A stretch of DNA of 64,000 nucleotides from Podarcis cretensis. Taxonomy: Eukaryota. The stretch covers positions 51,088,001 to 51,152,000 of the forward strand of contig OX638153.1 in assembly GCA_951804945.1 (NCBI GenBank). The letters are read 5' to 3'. The first letter of the stretch is position 1. Every line of letters starts with the position of its first letter. Of this stretch, positions 1 to 12,574 are shown in pieces. A model generated the notes under the pieces. That model was not told where the DNA came from. It made no database searches and saw only the letters and a list, made by a program, of their open reading frames with translations. A program made the position numbers and the translations under genes.

Positions 1-137
1 AAATAGAAAGACCTAGAGCAGGCGTACCCAAACTGTGGTCCACAAGCTTCATTCATGTGGTCTACAGCATGGAATCCCAGAATTGTAGAGTTGGAAGATG
101 ACCCTTGGGGTCCCTACATTTCTCTGATTCCTCGGCT

Positions 138-188
138 AAACAAACAAACAAACAAACAAACAAACAAACAAACAAACAAACAAACAAA
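138..188. repeat. (AAAC)n microsatellite
   Basis: Direct tandem repeat. Confidence 0.97.
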
Positions 189-211
189 TAGTACTGTGAC
201 CCAGACAGGTC

Positions 212-462
212 ATTTATCCACAACAGTGTCCAGAGGAGAAATTACTACTGGGAGGAGCACAGAGAGAAAAAACACCATGGTGTACCTGTAGCAACAAAAC
301 CGGATGCCTTCATCTGCCCCACCTGCAATAAAGCATGTCTGTCCTGTACTGGTCTCTTCAGCCACAGCAGGCACTGTAACTCTCCAATGGTTTGATTTCC
401 CTCCAACGGCACACTCTTCCATTGCCTCCCAAGACAGATGGGTGCCAACAACCACCACCACT
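212..462 (+). mobile_element. RTE-clade LINE 3' end fragment
   Basis: Frame from 303 reads DAFICPTCNKACLSCTGLFSHSRHCNS, an RTE-type C-terminal zinc-finger-like motif, then a short 3'UTR and a (CAA/CAC)n tail. Confidence 0.7.
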
Positions 463-2004
463 ATGACCTGTATAAGTCAATGGCAATATTAACTTTTTAT
501 CTGCTAAGAAGGTGGCTGGTAAAGTAATCTGATAGCATTATTCAGTATTTTATGCTATTACTGACTTTTCCTCCACACAGAAGGGAACCCCATTATAAAT
601 TAAGTAAGCTAGCATTATGACCTGTTCACGTTGCTTGTATTGCTGAATAGACAGGTGCCTTTCCCGTTTTGCTACCTGTGGTTGGAATTTGGGTTCCTCT
701 AAAGTGCTGCTAATGGGCCACAGCTGCAAAGGAAAATGACTCTGGATTGCAGTTTATTTACTAAAGACACGTTAATGGAAATCTGTGAGTGCACATTAAT
801 GTTAAATGACTCATTTGTGTGGCTTCAGCTGTATTTTCCATTCTGGAATTGAATAATTCTAGCAAGAAAAGTTACATTTCCCCATCACAAGTAGAAAGGC
901 AGAAGAAAAGATAATACCATGTAGAAATATTTTAATATTTCTGATTTTTATAAGCAGATAATGCACCAACAGGGCAAGTCTGTCAATATCACACTGTATC
1001 TTCAATAGCAGTTCCATTTTATAGATCAGAAAAAGAGAGAGAGACCTGGTAACTTGTTCCTTCTTTCTCACGAATGACTATATCTTTAAGGCAGTGGAGG
1101 TATTGCATCGGAGTTTTCCTTCTCCTAGATGGGCTACCTTCCCAGGCTGACAAGTTCATCTGCCCTTCACCTCCCTCTACAGCACGTGCAGCACCCACCT
1201 TCTTGACTGTTGGACCCACTATTGGTCTCATCTGCTCAATCTTCCAGAGCCTGTCTTTACATGCAGGAAAGTCCCTAACTCACCGAGTTTTGAGAACTTA
1301 GAAATATGCAGGAGGACGACAACAATATTGTGTCTATATGTAAGCAAATTTCTCTTGTATTTTTTTATGATACTTCAAACCACTATGTGTTTTGGGAGGT
1401 CATTAAGTTACTCTACTCCTGACGTCTCTCTGTTAGTCCTCACTCTAATGCAGCATGTTTTCTCTCTCTCTCAAGGCTTCTTAGTGAAACATTAATGAGA
1501 AACTCATGCACAGCCATACAATTTGTCTGATTAGGTCATTCATGTTTAATATGCTTGCTGCTCACAGTTCTTCCCAACACCAGGTATTGGATAGAGTTGT
1601 ATTTCATCATCAAAATACCCTTTACGCTGAGATCTAAATGATTAATTACTTTGACTAATGGCACTTTGGCACCAGACTTTCCTGACCACTTCTGAGTGTA
1701 ATCTGCACACGTTACAATTTCTACTTACAAATAAGAAGCTCTGCCCATAATGCTCGATGGCAGAAACGTGAAGCCTTTCAGTGAAAGAGGATGCAAGCTC
1801 ACAGAGGTTGCCACCACAGGCTTGGCACCAAAATGAGGCATTCAACATATGCATTCAAGCCCAGAGATGCAAGAACAGTGAAGCAAAGAGCTCACATCTG
1901 CTGCAATAGCCAAAAGTAGTCAAGCAAGGAGATGCCCGTTCCAGTGGTTTCCAAGCATCTGGTTGATAATTGAATTGCACCTCGTGAGGAATCTTTATAC
2001 TCAA

Positions 2005-2072
2005 TGCCAGTGATGGAACCTGGGACCTTTTGCATATTAAGCACGTGCTCTACCACTGAGCCATCACCCTTT
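2005..2072 (-). mobile_element. tRNA-derived SINE head fragment
   Basis: Minus strand GGCTCAGTGGTAGAGCAC...GGTCCCAGGTTCCATC resembles pol III A and B boxes; degenerate. Confidence 0.6.
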
Positions 2073-3433
2073 CCCAAAGGTTGACTGGTGCTATCAGTAC
2101 TTTTAACAAACTGGTACTACATACCCTCAGCCCCAGCAGCTGGTTGAGGGAGGATTGAGCACATGATCCATCATCCAGTCAGGGATACTCGTGTGGAAGT
2201 TTGCTCTTGGCTTGTTCTTGGTTATAGCTCAGGGTGAGGAGAGAGCTTAATCACAGATTCCAGTTTGGATGATATGCTGGACCAAACCTTGGCTTAGCTT
2301 AACACAACATGGCAGCAAAATGGACTGGGTGGGAGCAAAGTGGCTCCAAGCTTGCTGTCTCGCTCAGCCAAGGTTGGTTCTTTGGCCACCCGAGATGCTA
2401 CAAAGAATAACATTACTGCCTGCCTTCTTTAATGTCTGTAAATTGCTTTGTTAATGGCTGTTATTAGTATCTGAACAAACAAAACAGCGGTGGTGCTGGG
2501 TCTAATAAATACGCAAACCTTCATCTTCTGGAATAAAAACATGCTATCTCCATTGAGGTTTTGGCACTATCCTTGTCCCCAATATCTTTTGAATTACTTC
2601 AATTATTTATCTGCATTTCCGTTCTTCTTGAATGTGCTTCACAGACAAATGCATGATCAAAAATGCATTTATTACTAAACTAGCTAGCAAAGTTAACAGT
2701 CCAGTCTCTCATATGTCCTGTCCCTGGAACACTTATAAGGACAGCTTGAACCCTGAAAAACTAATCCAGATAAAGGGACACTTTGGGAAAGGACACCCAA
2801 TCAAAATCTCCTAGATGAGAGCCAACTAACAGATGGTAAGAACTGAATGTCCTGGAAAAATACCTTCATGGACATAGTGGCGAGTGCATCAGGTTGATAG
2901 CCTGCCAAGCACAAGGCCCAGATGAACAAGCTGCAAGAAGCTTATGGTGAAACAGGATCCTGTTATAAAAGAAATTGATATAATGGGAAAAGGTCAGACA
3001 GACGAAGTCCTACATATGGACAACAAATGACATAATCTTGTTTATCCCTGCATTAACAATTTGAACAATAGTCACACACACCCAAAATGATCAATGCATT
3101 TCATAATTAGTTTTGACTGTCTTTATTATTGAATGGGCCAAGTGCACTTGGCTCATGACCATTCAGAACATTCAGCAGCAGGCAGTGATCTAAGCACCAT
3201 GTCAGGCTTCAGTATTGCTCAAAGTGATGTACAAGAGGCCCTACAAGTTCACCCTTTTTGTTTTCCGAAACAGGTATCACTGTTGTGTGGAACAGATAAT
3301 CTGTTTCTTTCCAGGGATCTGTTCTCAACAATAATGTTAGTACAGAAATAAAAATCTATTTGTTTACTGCAAATGTAGTTTGCACTATTAACAAAATCAA
3401 AAGATTGGTAAGTCTCCTTTTAAGATAAGTGAA

Positions 3434-3774
3434 GGGATGTGGGTGGCGCTGTGGGTTAAACCACAGAGCCTAGGACCTGTCAGTCAGAAGGTCGGTGGTT
3501 CGAATCCCCGCAACGGGGTGAGCTCCCGTTGCTCGGTCCCTGCTTCTGCCAACCTAGCAGTTCGAAAGCATGTCAAAGTGCAAGTAGATAAATAGCGGGA
3601 AGGTAAACGGCGTTTCCATGCGCTGCTCTGGTTCGCCAGAAGCGGCTTAGTCATGCTGGCCACGTGACCCGTAAGCTGTACGCCAGCTCCCTCAGCCAAT
3701 AAAGCGAGATGAGCGCCGCAACCCCAGAGTTGGCCACTACTGGACCTAATGGTCAGGGGTCCCTTTACCTTTAC
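3434..3774 (+). mobile_element. Sauria SINE, near full length
   Basis: tRNA-like head GGTGGCGCTGTGG...GGTTCGAATCC, characteristic body and (ACCTTT)n tail; second copy at 23309. Confidence 0.9.
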
Positions 3775-3971
3775 ATGCTAAGTGGGTTGTTTCTTCCTTC
3801 CTTCCTTTTCTCTTTTGGTAGAACACTGGATTTAACTGTCAGTTTTAAGGTAATATGGGAAATACTTGAACTGCTGAAAAATGTGCAGTAATATTGCAAG
3901 GGTCTCTTTTTTTGCAGTATTTTATTTGCCTTGTGCAAACACATTTTTCTCAAGAGGAGTACTGCATCTAG

Positions 3972-4157
3972 CCCTGTGGAACTCCCTCCCATCAGATGTC
4001 AAGGAAATAAACAACTATCTGACTTTTAGAAGGCATCTGAAGGCAGCCCTGTTTAGGGAAGTTTTTAATGTATGGTGTTTTGTTTTCTTTTTAATATTTT
4101 GTTGGAAGCCGCCAAAAGTGGCTGGGGAAACCCAGCCAGATGGGTGGGGTATAAATA

Positions 4158-4199
<42 letters not shown>

Positions 4200-4217
4200 T
4201 ACTACTACTACTACTAC
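3972..4217 (+). mobile_element. L2-clade LINE 3' end with (TTA)n/(CTA)n tail
   Basis: Encodes LWNSLPSDVKEINNYLTFRRHLKAALFREVF; nearly identical to the copies at 6909 and 8639. Confidence 0.85.
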
Positions 4218-4750
4218 TGGAGTGCCAGCATAAAGTTGTGGAAGCCAATCTGAACTTTTACCATTATAATTCTGTGAGATGTAAATATAACAGCCCAGAG
4301 TTTCCTGGCAGCTTGCCTGTCATTCACGGTAAAGCCATAATAGATGGGCACATAAAATTACTACTTCTTAGATATAGGCCAGTTTAATGGCCCTTGTTCC
4401 ATTTTGTCTTTGAGACGAATTATAGCACACACTAAACAGATAATAGCATGACCAGGATAATGGCCCATTGGGACTGCAAATATCTAACACAAGACAGAGG
4501 AACGTTTATATAACTGACAAGTCTGCATTGTAAGGGAGAAAAACTTTTATGTAACTGACCATCACTGATCATATAAAAGATCGCTTGTATGCTGATGATC
4601 ACACCCTGTTATAATGGATTTACACACTATTAAGCACAGAAGTGGCTTTAAAGCAGGAGCTGACTGCTACATTCTGAAAATGTAAGGTGATTATAGTAAC
4701 ATTAGGAGTGTGTACTATATAGGCAAATGATAAACTATACGTTATTCGCA

Positions 4751-4980
4751 GGCATGAGAGGTGTAGTTTTTAGAGAGTCAGGCTAAGAGTAGAATATGGC
4801 TAAGACTAGAGAGACCTGAATTTGAATCCATGCTCAGCCATAAAGCTCAGCAACCTTGGATCAGTTGCTATATTTCAGCCTACCCTGCCTTACAGTTGTT
4901 GTGCAGATAAAATGGAGGGGAGAAATAGGTACGTCGCCTTGAGCTCCTTGTAGGAAAGGTGGGCTATTAATGTAGTAAAT
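4751..4980 (+). mobile_element. Old MIR/CORE-type SINE
   Basis: Degenerate tRNA head (GGTGTAGT...TTTGAATCC), core-like CTCAGCAACCTTGG...TTCAGCCTACC and L2-like tail. Confidence 0.55.
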
Positions 4981-4987
4981 GAACATA

Positions 4988-5213
4988 CAGTGGTACCTCA
5001 GGTTAAGTACTTAATTTGTTCCGGAGGTCTGTTCTTAACCTGAAACTGTTCTTAACCTGAGGTACCCCTTTAGCTAATGGGGCCTCCTGCTGCCGCCGCA
5101 CCGCCGGAGCATGATTTCTGTTCTCATCCTGAAGCAAAGTTCTTAACCCGAGGTACTGTTTTTGGGTTAGCAGAGTCTGTAACCTGAAGCATATGTAACC
5201 TGAGGTACCACTG
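4988..5213. mobile_element. Tc1/mariner (Tigger-like) non-autonomous MITE, 226 bp
   Basis: TA|CAGTGGTACCTC...GAGGTACCACTG|TA terminal inverted repeats; same family at 20375 and 40789. Confidence 0.92.
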
Positions 5214-5643
5214 TATGTCCTATTATGGATCAGCTTGGAATCATACAGTGGACCTCCCAGTTTGGTACAACAATGGTAGAAAATTGGCTTGGCTTAGCCA
5301 TATCTACATGTCAGATGTTGATAATAATGCAGGATTTGATAACTGAAATGATTGTTAAGGGTTTTTGAGGAGCCAGAGTTTGCAAGTGACCAACTTTTAA
5401 CTCCTGGACACAGCAAATGTAAAAATATATGCCATGTTAGCAATTTCACTCCTCCGATGCTGCATTTGTGATTGGTGTAAATCACATGCCTGTCTGAGAA
5501 GAGTGTGGGAAACGGAAGACAGTTATCTCTTCCGCTGTATGTACTTTGTAATGTACTTTCACTTTTATTTGTGCCTGTTGTTCTCTCGGAGCTGGAGAGA
5601 ACGGACGCCATTCTTTTGTCTGTACATAGTGTGTAAATAAATA

Positions 5644-6349
5644 CAGTCAAACCTCGGGATAAATACGCTTCAGGTTGAGCACTTTCAGGTTGCGCTCTGC
5701 GGCGAACTGGAAGTAACGGAGTGCGTTACTTCCGGGTTTTGCTGCTCACGCATGCGCAGGCGCGCAAAATGACGTCACGCGCATGCACGGAAGCGGTGAA
5801 ACGTGACCCGCTGTCGCATCTTGCGTTCCATTCGGGATGCGAATGGGGCTCCGGAACGGATCCTGTTCACATCCCGAGATACTGTTACGATATGGATGCA
5901 ATGCAGCTGCAAACTGCTAGCTTGAAAGCAAAACATAATGGGAATGTTGGGACTGTCCGTGGGAAACAGAGGGACAGTCAATTCACAGTGCAAAGCACCG
6001 GAATTAGCTCAGAGTGTAATATGAGCTCTTCCGTTTATTCCTGTCCAGGAAGTGCAGGAAGTTTTTGTCACTAGACTGCTGGAGCTTGAAGAGAGCAGTC
6101 ACGTTTTTTGTAATGCAGCAAAGACAGAAATAAAGGCATGTAAATACGTTTCTGTCTATCTCTTTCCCCTGCCGGGGGGGGGCAGGAAAGAGGGGTGTGT
6201 TCTTCTCACGCTGAGAAGGATCGCCTATTGCGACCTAGCCTGGATCTTGCTGGGGAATGCAGCCAGGGAGGTCAACAGGGAATCATGCCGGGTGCCTGGG
6301 AGAGTTGCCAGTTTCTCCTGATAAAGGCTGATTCCGACAGATACCACTG
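5644..6349. mobile_element. Tc1/mariner MITE interrupted in its right TIR by a solo LTR
   Basis: TA|CAGTCAAACCTCGG at left; right TIR CCGAGATACCACTG|TA is restored when 5883-6344 is removed. Confidence 0.8.
5883..6339 (+). mobile_element. Solo LTR, 457 bp, with 5-bp TSD GATAC
   Basis: TGT...ACA termini, GATAC at 5878-5882 and 6340-6344, internal AATAAA at 6129-6134. Confidence 0.8.
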
Positions 6350-6908
6350 TAGAAGATTAGCTCTATGATGTCTCACTCGTCTTGCTCTGTTATGCCAGAA
6401 GTGCAGTGTGCATATACCATCTGGTATATGTGGCTGAGCACACTGGAAGAGAAGAGAGGTGCCTTTTCCAGAGTTGCGCATACCGGGGGACGCTCAGAGT
6501 TCCAGGGGCTTGCAGGCACCCTCAGCTTCCTAATGAAGCAATCTTAGGCTCTACGTCAAGTGTAGAGGACTAATTATAGGATACCATTCATTTTATTTCA
6601 ATACCTCACTTCACCTTGAACCATTCATAAATATCTTGAAACAGACCCCTGTGGCTGACTTGGTGCATGCTCAGGATCTTGTTTCACACACACGTCTAAA
6701 TAGCTTGGGCCCATGCCACAGGTTTGTAAAGGAGAGGTGAATAGTAACAGCAAAACTGAGTCTGTCTAGTAGTGACTGGTGAGTCTCAGAAGTGCCACTT
6801 TTCTACTCTCAGAAGTCCCGTAGCTCTGCAGTGCCTCCATCTTCAAGGCAGGAAGATCACGGAGGTGGTGGCAGGGTTGACTAAAGAGCTGCCTCTCCAT
6901 CAGGTGTA

Positions 6909-7078
6909 CCATCAGATGTCAAAGCGATAAATAACTACCTGACATTCAGAAGACATCTTAAGGCAGCCCTGTTCAGGGAAGTTTTTAATCTGTGATATTT
7001 TAGTGTATTTTTGGTTTTTATGGAAGCCGCCCAGAGTGGCTGGGGAAACCCAGCCAGATGGGCGGGGTACAAATAATA

Positions 7079-7111
<33 letters not shown>

Positions 7112-7112
7112 T
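6909..7112 (+). mobile_element. L2 LINE 3' end with (AAT)n tail
   Basis: Same family as 3972 and 8639; possible TGTACC duplication at the flanks. Confidence 0.85.
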
Positions 7113-8160
7113 ATGTACCTGGGTTTCAGTCTCTAAGTGAATATAGTGGAGCTTACTTCTGAATAAACATGTTGAAGACTGCATCGTGGGGATATTACCA
7201 TAGTGCATGATGTGGTCTGGGGACTGCAACTTATGTGGAGGCCATAAGATGCTATTTTGCAGAATCAGGTATCCAATATCTTTTTCATTACTCTAACCAT
7301 TTCCTTCCTTAAATTTATTTAGCATTAGTTTTTCTTCCAGGAAGCCCAAAGTGGCTTACATTTGGTTTATTCATTCATGATAGGTTACCCTCTCAGGACA
7401 GCTTATAGAGAAAAATAAAAAAACAAATTAAAATTCAATGGCAATAAAATAAGTAACAATAAAAATGGAATGCAGCATAAAAGGTCAAATAGCAGAGCTT
7501 CAGAAGTTATACAAATACTTCTGTCCCCAAGGATTTCACAACTGAGACTGAAATCCCACAAGTTTACCTGGGAATCACTCAATTGTGTTTTTCTGGGACT
7601 TACTTCTGAGTAGGCATATATATGCTTGCCCTGTAAATGGTTAGGAGGGATAATTGAAACTCCATGGAATAAAAGTGACATTTTGTAGACAGGAAATAAA
7701 TTTAGATATATAAAAACTGCACATGCATTCCGTGCTGAACATTATGAACTATGCACTCATTATATGGGATTTATCCATGTTCACCAAGCTAGAAAGTTAT
7801 AATTTGGCTACTTACTTTAAATCAAGCTTTTAAGCAAACAGAAAAAGTAAATTTCAGTTAATAATGATATTCAATTTTACTTGTGTGGAGCACACACCAT
7901 AAAGACTTGGAACAGAAAGGCCGTGATATTTCAGGCCTTTTGTCATTTAGAAACAGCACAGTACAATTCCCCTCACCTCCAAAGTGGCAGTTTTTATGTG
8001 TTTCTGTTCACAGAAAAGAAATAATAGTTAAAAATAGTTTTTAAAAGTTCACAGAAGAAATAATAGTTTAAAAATGGAGATAAACCGCAGCTTTCGGAAA
8101 ACATTTAAGAGGAAAAACCCACATATTAGCGATTTTGTTCTTTAGCTCATCATGATGGTG

Positions 8161-8162
8161 CT

Positions 8163-8198
<36 letters not shown>

Positions 8199-8199
8199 T
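8161..8199. repeat. (CTTT)n microsatellite
   Basis: Direct tandem repeat. Confidence 0.95.
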
Positions 8200-8638
8200 C
8201 ATAAAGGCTGCCTTCCACAGAACACTTTAGGGGGAAAACCCAGTTATAAATGCAACAGTGAACTGGTAATCCCATAAAGAAAATTGCTTCAAAACTCCTT
8301 TCGTTTTTGAATTTGCTAAAACATCCTTGTAATATATCCCACTTGACTGACTTTGTATTGTTCCCCCTAGGGACATTACTCTGTGTAACTAGATCCATAG
8401 TCATAGAATTCAGCAGTTGTCCAGGTGAGATAATCATTCACTTTAGCTGCCGAGTGCTTTGACTAAGTCACAGAGGCCGGAGGCCGGCATTCAGCATTAT
8501 CCTAAGCTGAGGAAATGCTAGTTAAATCACTGAAATTGAGGTTGAGGGCATCTGGTTTGATTAATAGCAGCACCATTGGTTTTGTGTTTTGTGAGCTAGT
8601 AAAATATTGCCTTCCTGCTCCTTTTCCTCCTTCCTGCT

Positions 8639-8988
8639 CCTAAACGGCCTCGGTCCAGTATACCTGAAGGAGCGTCTCCACCCCCATCGTTCTACCCGGA
8701 CACTGAGGTCCAGCACCGAGGGCCTTCTGGCGGTTCCCTCACTACGAGAAGCCAAGTTACAGGGAACCAGGCAGAGGGCCTTCTCGGTAGTGGCGCCCTC
8801 CCTGTGGAATGCCCTCCCACCAGATGTCAAAGAGAACAACAACTACCAGACTTTTAGAAGACATCTGAAGGCAGCCCTGTTTAGGGATGCTTTTAATGTT
8901 CGATGTATCATAGTATTTTAATATTCTTTTGGAAGCCGCCCAGAGTGGCTGGGGAGGCCCAGCCAGATGGGCGGGGTATAAATAATAA

Positions 8989-9037
<49 letters not shown>
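8639..9037 (+). mobile_element. 5'-truncated L2 LINE with intact ORF2 C-terminus and (TTA)n tail
   Basis: LNGLGPVYLKERL...RAFSVVAPSLWNALP...FRRHLKAALF is a typical L2 ORF2 end; TTTTCCTCCTT occurs near both flanks. Confidence 0.9.
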
Positions 9038-9039
<2 letters not shown>

Positions 9040-11056
9040 TTCCTCCTTTAAACATGTTACTTCATCAAGGTACGGAATAATCACTGCCAAGTTTATGCCC
9101 CTCCAATTCAGCCAATTACAATGCATTTATGATTTTCTTAAGTTCGCAAATGGATGTTCTCATGTGTATCACCCATCACACATGGGCTAAACAAACTGCT
9201 TAAATAACTTGGCAAAATAGTGAGGCGGCTATTTTTCACATCATTCCGGGCAAACTCCAGTCTCCTGTAGTCAGCCAGTCCTGGTTTCCTGATGAATATA
9301 AGTTTGCCAACATGTGTTTGCCCCATTCACCCTTTACATTTTTGGCACACACTTCAGTTAGGTGCAGAATATATGAAAAGTTCCTCATAGGTTTATATTA
9401 GAAAGATCATAGTTCACATAGTAATATCTGAATGCAATCTCATTATTACAAATGGAACCAAACCAGTCCCTATTAAGTTCAGAAAGCAAATGTACTGCCT
9501 TTGCTATCATTGCAGACAGCATCCTTACAAATCTGTTTGGCTCCTCTTGTTGCAGAATATACATATTAACTGATATATAATTACATTTTCACTGATTTGG
9601 AACAGAGGATATCTACAGCTGAAAGCTTGTCAGTGGCTTATCGCTGGTTCTCTCTCTGTGCAGAGAATTTTCCTAGCAGATGGGAGAAGCAGGGAAGATG
9701 AACAGCAGTGAAAGATTTTCAGAAATAAACAGCAACAGTTCCCTTTCCTCCCTTTGGAAATGAAACCTAGGCGATGCCTGCAGAGAAACAGGGTGACAGA
9801 ATCCTGGGGTACCATACCCCTTCAAGGCTACAAAGGTATGTGCCACACTGTATTATTTTAAAAGCCTTTTGCAAATTAAGTACCTCAGGGAGAGAAGTTT
9901 TGTCTCAGCTTGCTCCCTTCAGTGTTAGTTTCTCCTTGCAGAGAGCAGTAAAAAAATATAACCCACCTGCAATTTGAAGTGGTATAACCCATTCAGCTTG
10001 GGACCTTTCTACCTGCACACATACTCCAGCTGTTCCTTGAAGCTGCTGCAATATCCTTTTCCTGTTGAAAGGGAGCCTTCAAAGGTCTGAACGGGGAGAG
10101 GTGGACTACATTTCACTTGGTAAGTACTGTGCTCTAGTGCAAACATGACCAACAACACTAATATGAGTTCTGGCTACTGCTAGCACAGCTAACCAATCTT
10201 GGCAACAGCTTGACTATATCTGGCTTCTGGCAAGATTCCATGGTAATTATTACAGAGCAGCTGAAATCTGTGATAGATGACAAGTACTGTTTAGAGTTCT
10301 GAAACCACAACATTTCAACTCTGCTTACAGTGCCCTGAACATACGACAAAGCTATATCAAACTCACAAAGAGGTATGGAAAGAACCAGGGCATGCAGTCT
10401 TGAGCATTTTTAAAAACTTCAGCCTCTACAGAATATGACTGCAGCAAGCACTCTGATGCTTCAGAAGCCCATCCAAGTCCAATGGTTTGAGGATAGTATC
10501 ATTAGAACACATTTCTGTTATGCTTCACAAAAGAAATATATCTGAGCATGCAAATACAGGTTCCAATGAAGTCTTTTAAATGAGGTAATAAGGTAGAAGA
10601 GGTATGCATGATGAAATGGTAGCTACTGCTACTGCCATAAAACACAACATGCTGGCTAATTTCCGCCCTCCTGCAAACACTTTAATGACAAAAAAGCTAT
10701 AATGAGGTACACATTAAGGCTGATTTAATGGCAGCAAAAAGACTTTACAGTGGAGAGGTATTTTTGTGGTGGGCCTTGTTGGTTTACGCCTCAGCTGCAT
10801 AAATGAAGAAAGTACTTCACCAACGCTCGTTTTACAAAGAGTCTTTGAATATGTGCTTGCAGCCACTAAAATTTCAGAACATTCCAGTGTGCAGCATTAC
10901 ATATGCCCCAAATGAGTGAGGCATTCTTGGACTGAAAAGCGCAAGTTGGGGTATGCCTGTTGGGGTAGGAACCAGAGTTATGAAAGAATGGGATAATAAG
11001 ACGTAGTGAGCTCAAGAATCACTTAAGAGGAATGTGTTTGCCCTCAATAACTCTCA

Positions 11057-11400
11057 GTTGGGAATGGGGAACCAATGGGCCAAGGACCAAATGTGGTCCT
11101 CAAGGCCTCTTATCTGGACCATGGGCCTCTGCTGAAACTGTAAGCCCTCTACAACCACACCCCTTTGCCCTGAGCCACATTCCTTACCAGCTCTGCTTTG
11201 TATGTTTCTGCCCAGCTGGAATGTGTCTTTGAACTGGATGGACGATAGATGGGAGTACATGAATGTATGTAGAAATGAGTCTATTGTACAAATCACATTT
11301 GTTGCTTTGCTAACTTTTGCCTCTGCCCCACTCCCCCAGAATTGACGCTCGGCCTGAAAAAGATTGTCCACCCATTAAAAAGATTACCAACATGGTTTAA
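11057..11400. mobile_element. Degenerate hAT-like non-autonomous element
   Basis: GGGGAACC...AAATGTGGTCCTC left end and AAAAGATTGTCCACC right end; resembles 38501-38721. Confidence 0.45.
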
Positions 11401-12568
11401 AACCTGAATTTTCTAGTTATCTATATTATTCCCATAAAAAGGCAGAAGTAACATATAAGTAAAATGATGAAGCCCAATGTCCACTTACTAATGAAAGGAG
11501 TGATTTTAATTTAATGAAAGGAAATGGGGGGAGGGGGCCGATGCAATGCAGGTGAGGTGTGAAACCAATATTAGGAGAAGGGTCAGTTGGGAGGGTGACA
11601 GGAAAAAGCAGAATGTAATTGTAAAATCTGGTCATTATGTATTTAGACACGATATTCAAACTTAAAAATGCACAAACTTCAGCAAACATAAGGCATCACT
11701 CTGTTGAAATTATATTAATTTATTTTTAAGAATATCCCTTTTAATCCTTCATGCATGCTTTTTAACAAAAAACGCCTGAATTGCATCTGCTGACACAAGT
11801 TACCACCGTGAGCTCTCTAATGTGGCTGTTTCAACCATCCTTCATCTATTACACCTTGGCAAACATTGTCAGCGAATGAACTACACCAAGTTCAATAGGA
11901 AAGGTTTGCTGAACATCTTCTGTTTAATGTAAACAAGACAGGAGGGGAGAAAAATCCAGGAGTATATATTGATAGATAGAGACAGACCTTGTAACACTAG
12001 GCAACAGGGCACAGGCATTATTAATCATGGTTATACAGATGTGTTTGTTGAGAGATGCTAATCTTAATTTCTCACACAACTGAGAACAGTGGATGTGTAG
12101 CTTCCGCATTGTACTATCCTGTTTCTTGTGCCAAGTTAAATAAGGATGTTATTTCACAATTGAAAGCTTTGCTGCATTCAGCAGCTCATGGTGAGCAGCT
12201 GCCATGCATTTATAAAGGAATGCCATGATTGCTGTGCCCTGTAGAATGCAGTGTTACAATCTTTGCACTGGCAATACCGCAAGCAAGTGCTGGGTTTCAG
12301 TCCATTAGTATACAAATATACACACGTAAACAGATGATGTACAACCAGGCTGAAGCTGTGCCTTGTATCACAGCTTCAATATTGCACTGATGAATACATT
12401 ATATCAGAATGCTACAGTTAAAAGATGACACTACTAGGCAGACAACTACAGTTATAACAAAAATAGCTTAAGAGGAAATGGCTATTCCAGTAGACGTCTC
12501 ATGTTGTTACAAAATTTTCAGCATCAGAATCTAAATTAAATAGATACAATAGATGATATAAAGGTGCC

Positions 12569-12574
12569 TTTATT
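12569..12574 (-). terminator. Candidate polyadenylation signal AATAAA
   Basis: Minus strand reads ttatgtAAATAAAggcac, a typical 3'UTR-end context. Confidence 0.45.

Noticed and set aside
3881-4387. 168-aa plus-strand ORF
   Set aside because: Read-through of an L2 3' end and its (TTA)n tail giving poly-Leu; not a host gene
8561-9190. Overlapping ORFs of 93-104 aa
   Set aside because: L2 ORF2 remnant, its antisense frame and the microsatellite tail
1-11000. Expected downstream neighbour TRUB1
   Set aside because: No CpG island or pseudouridine-synthase-like exon seen; presumably outside the window
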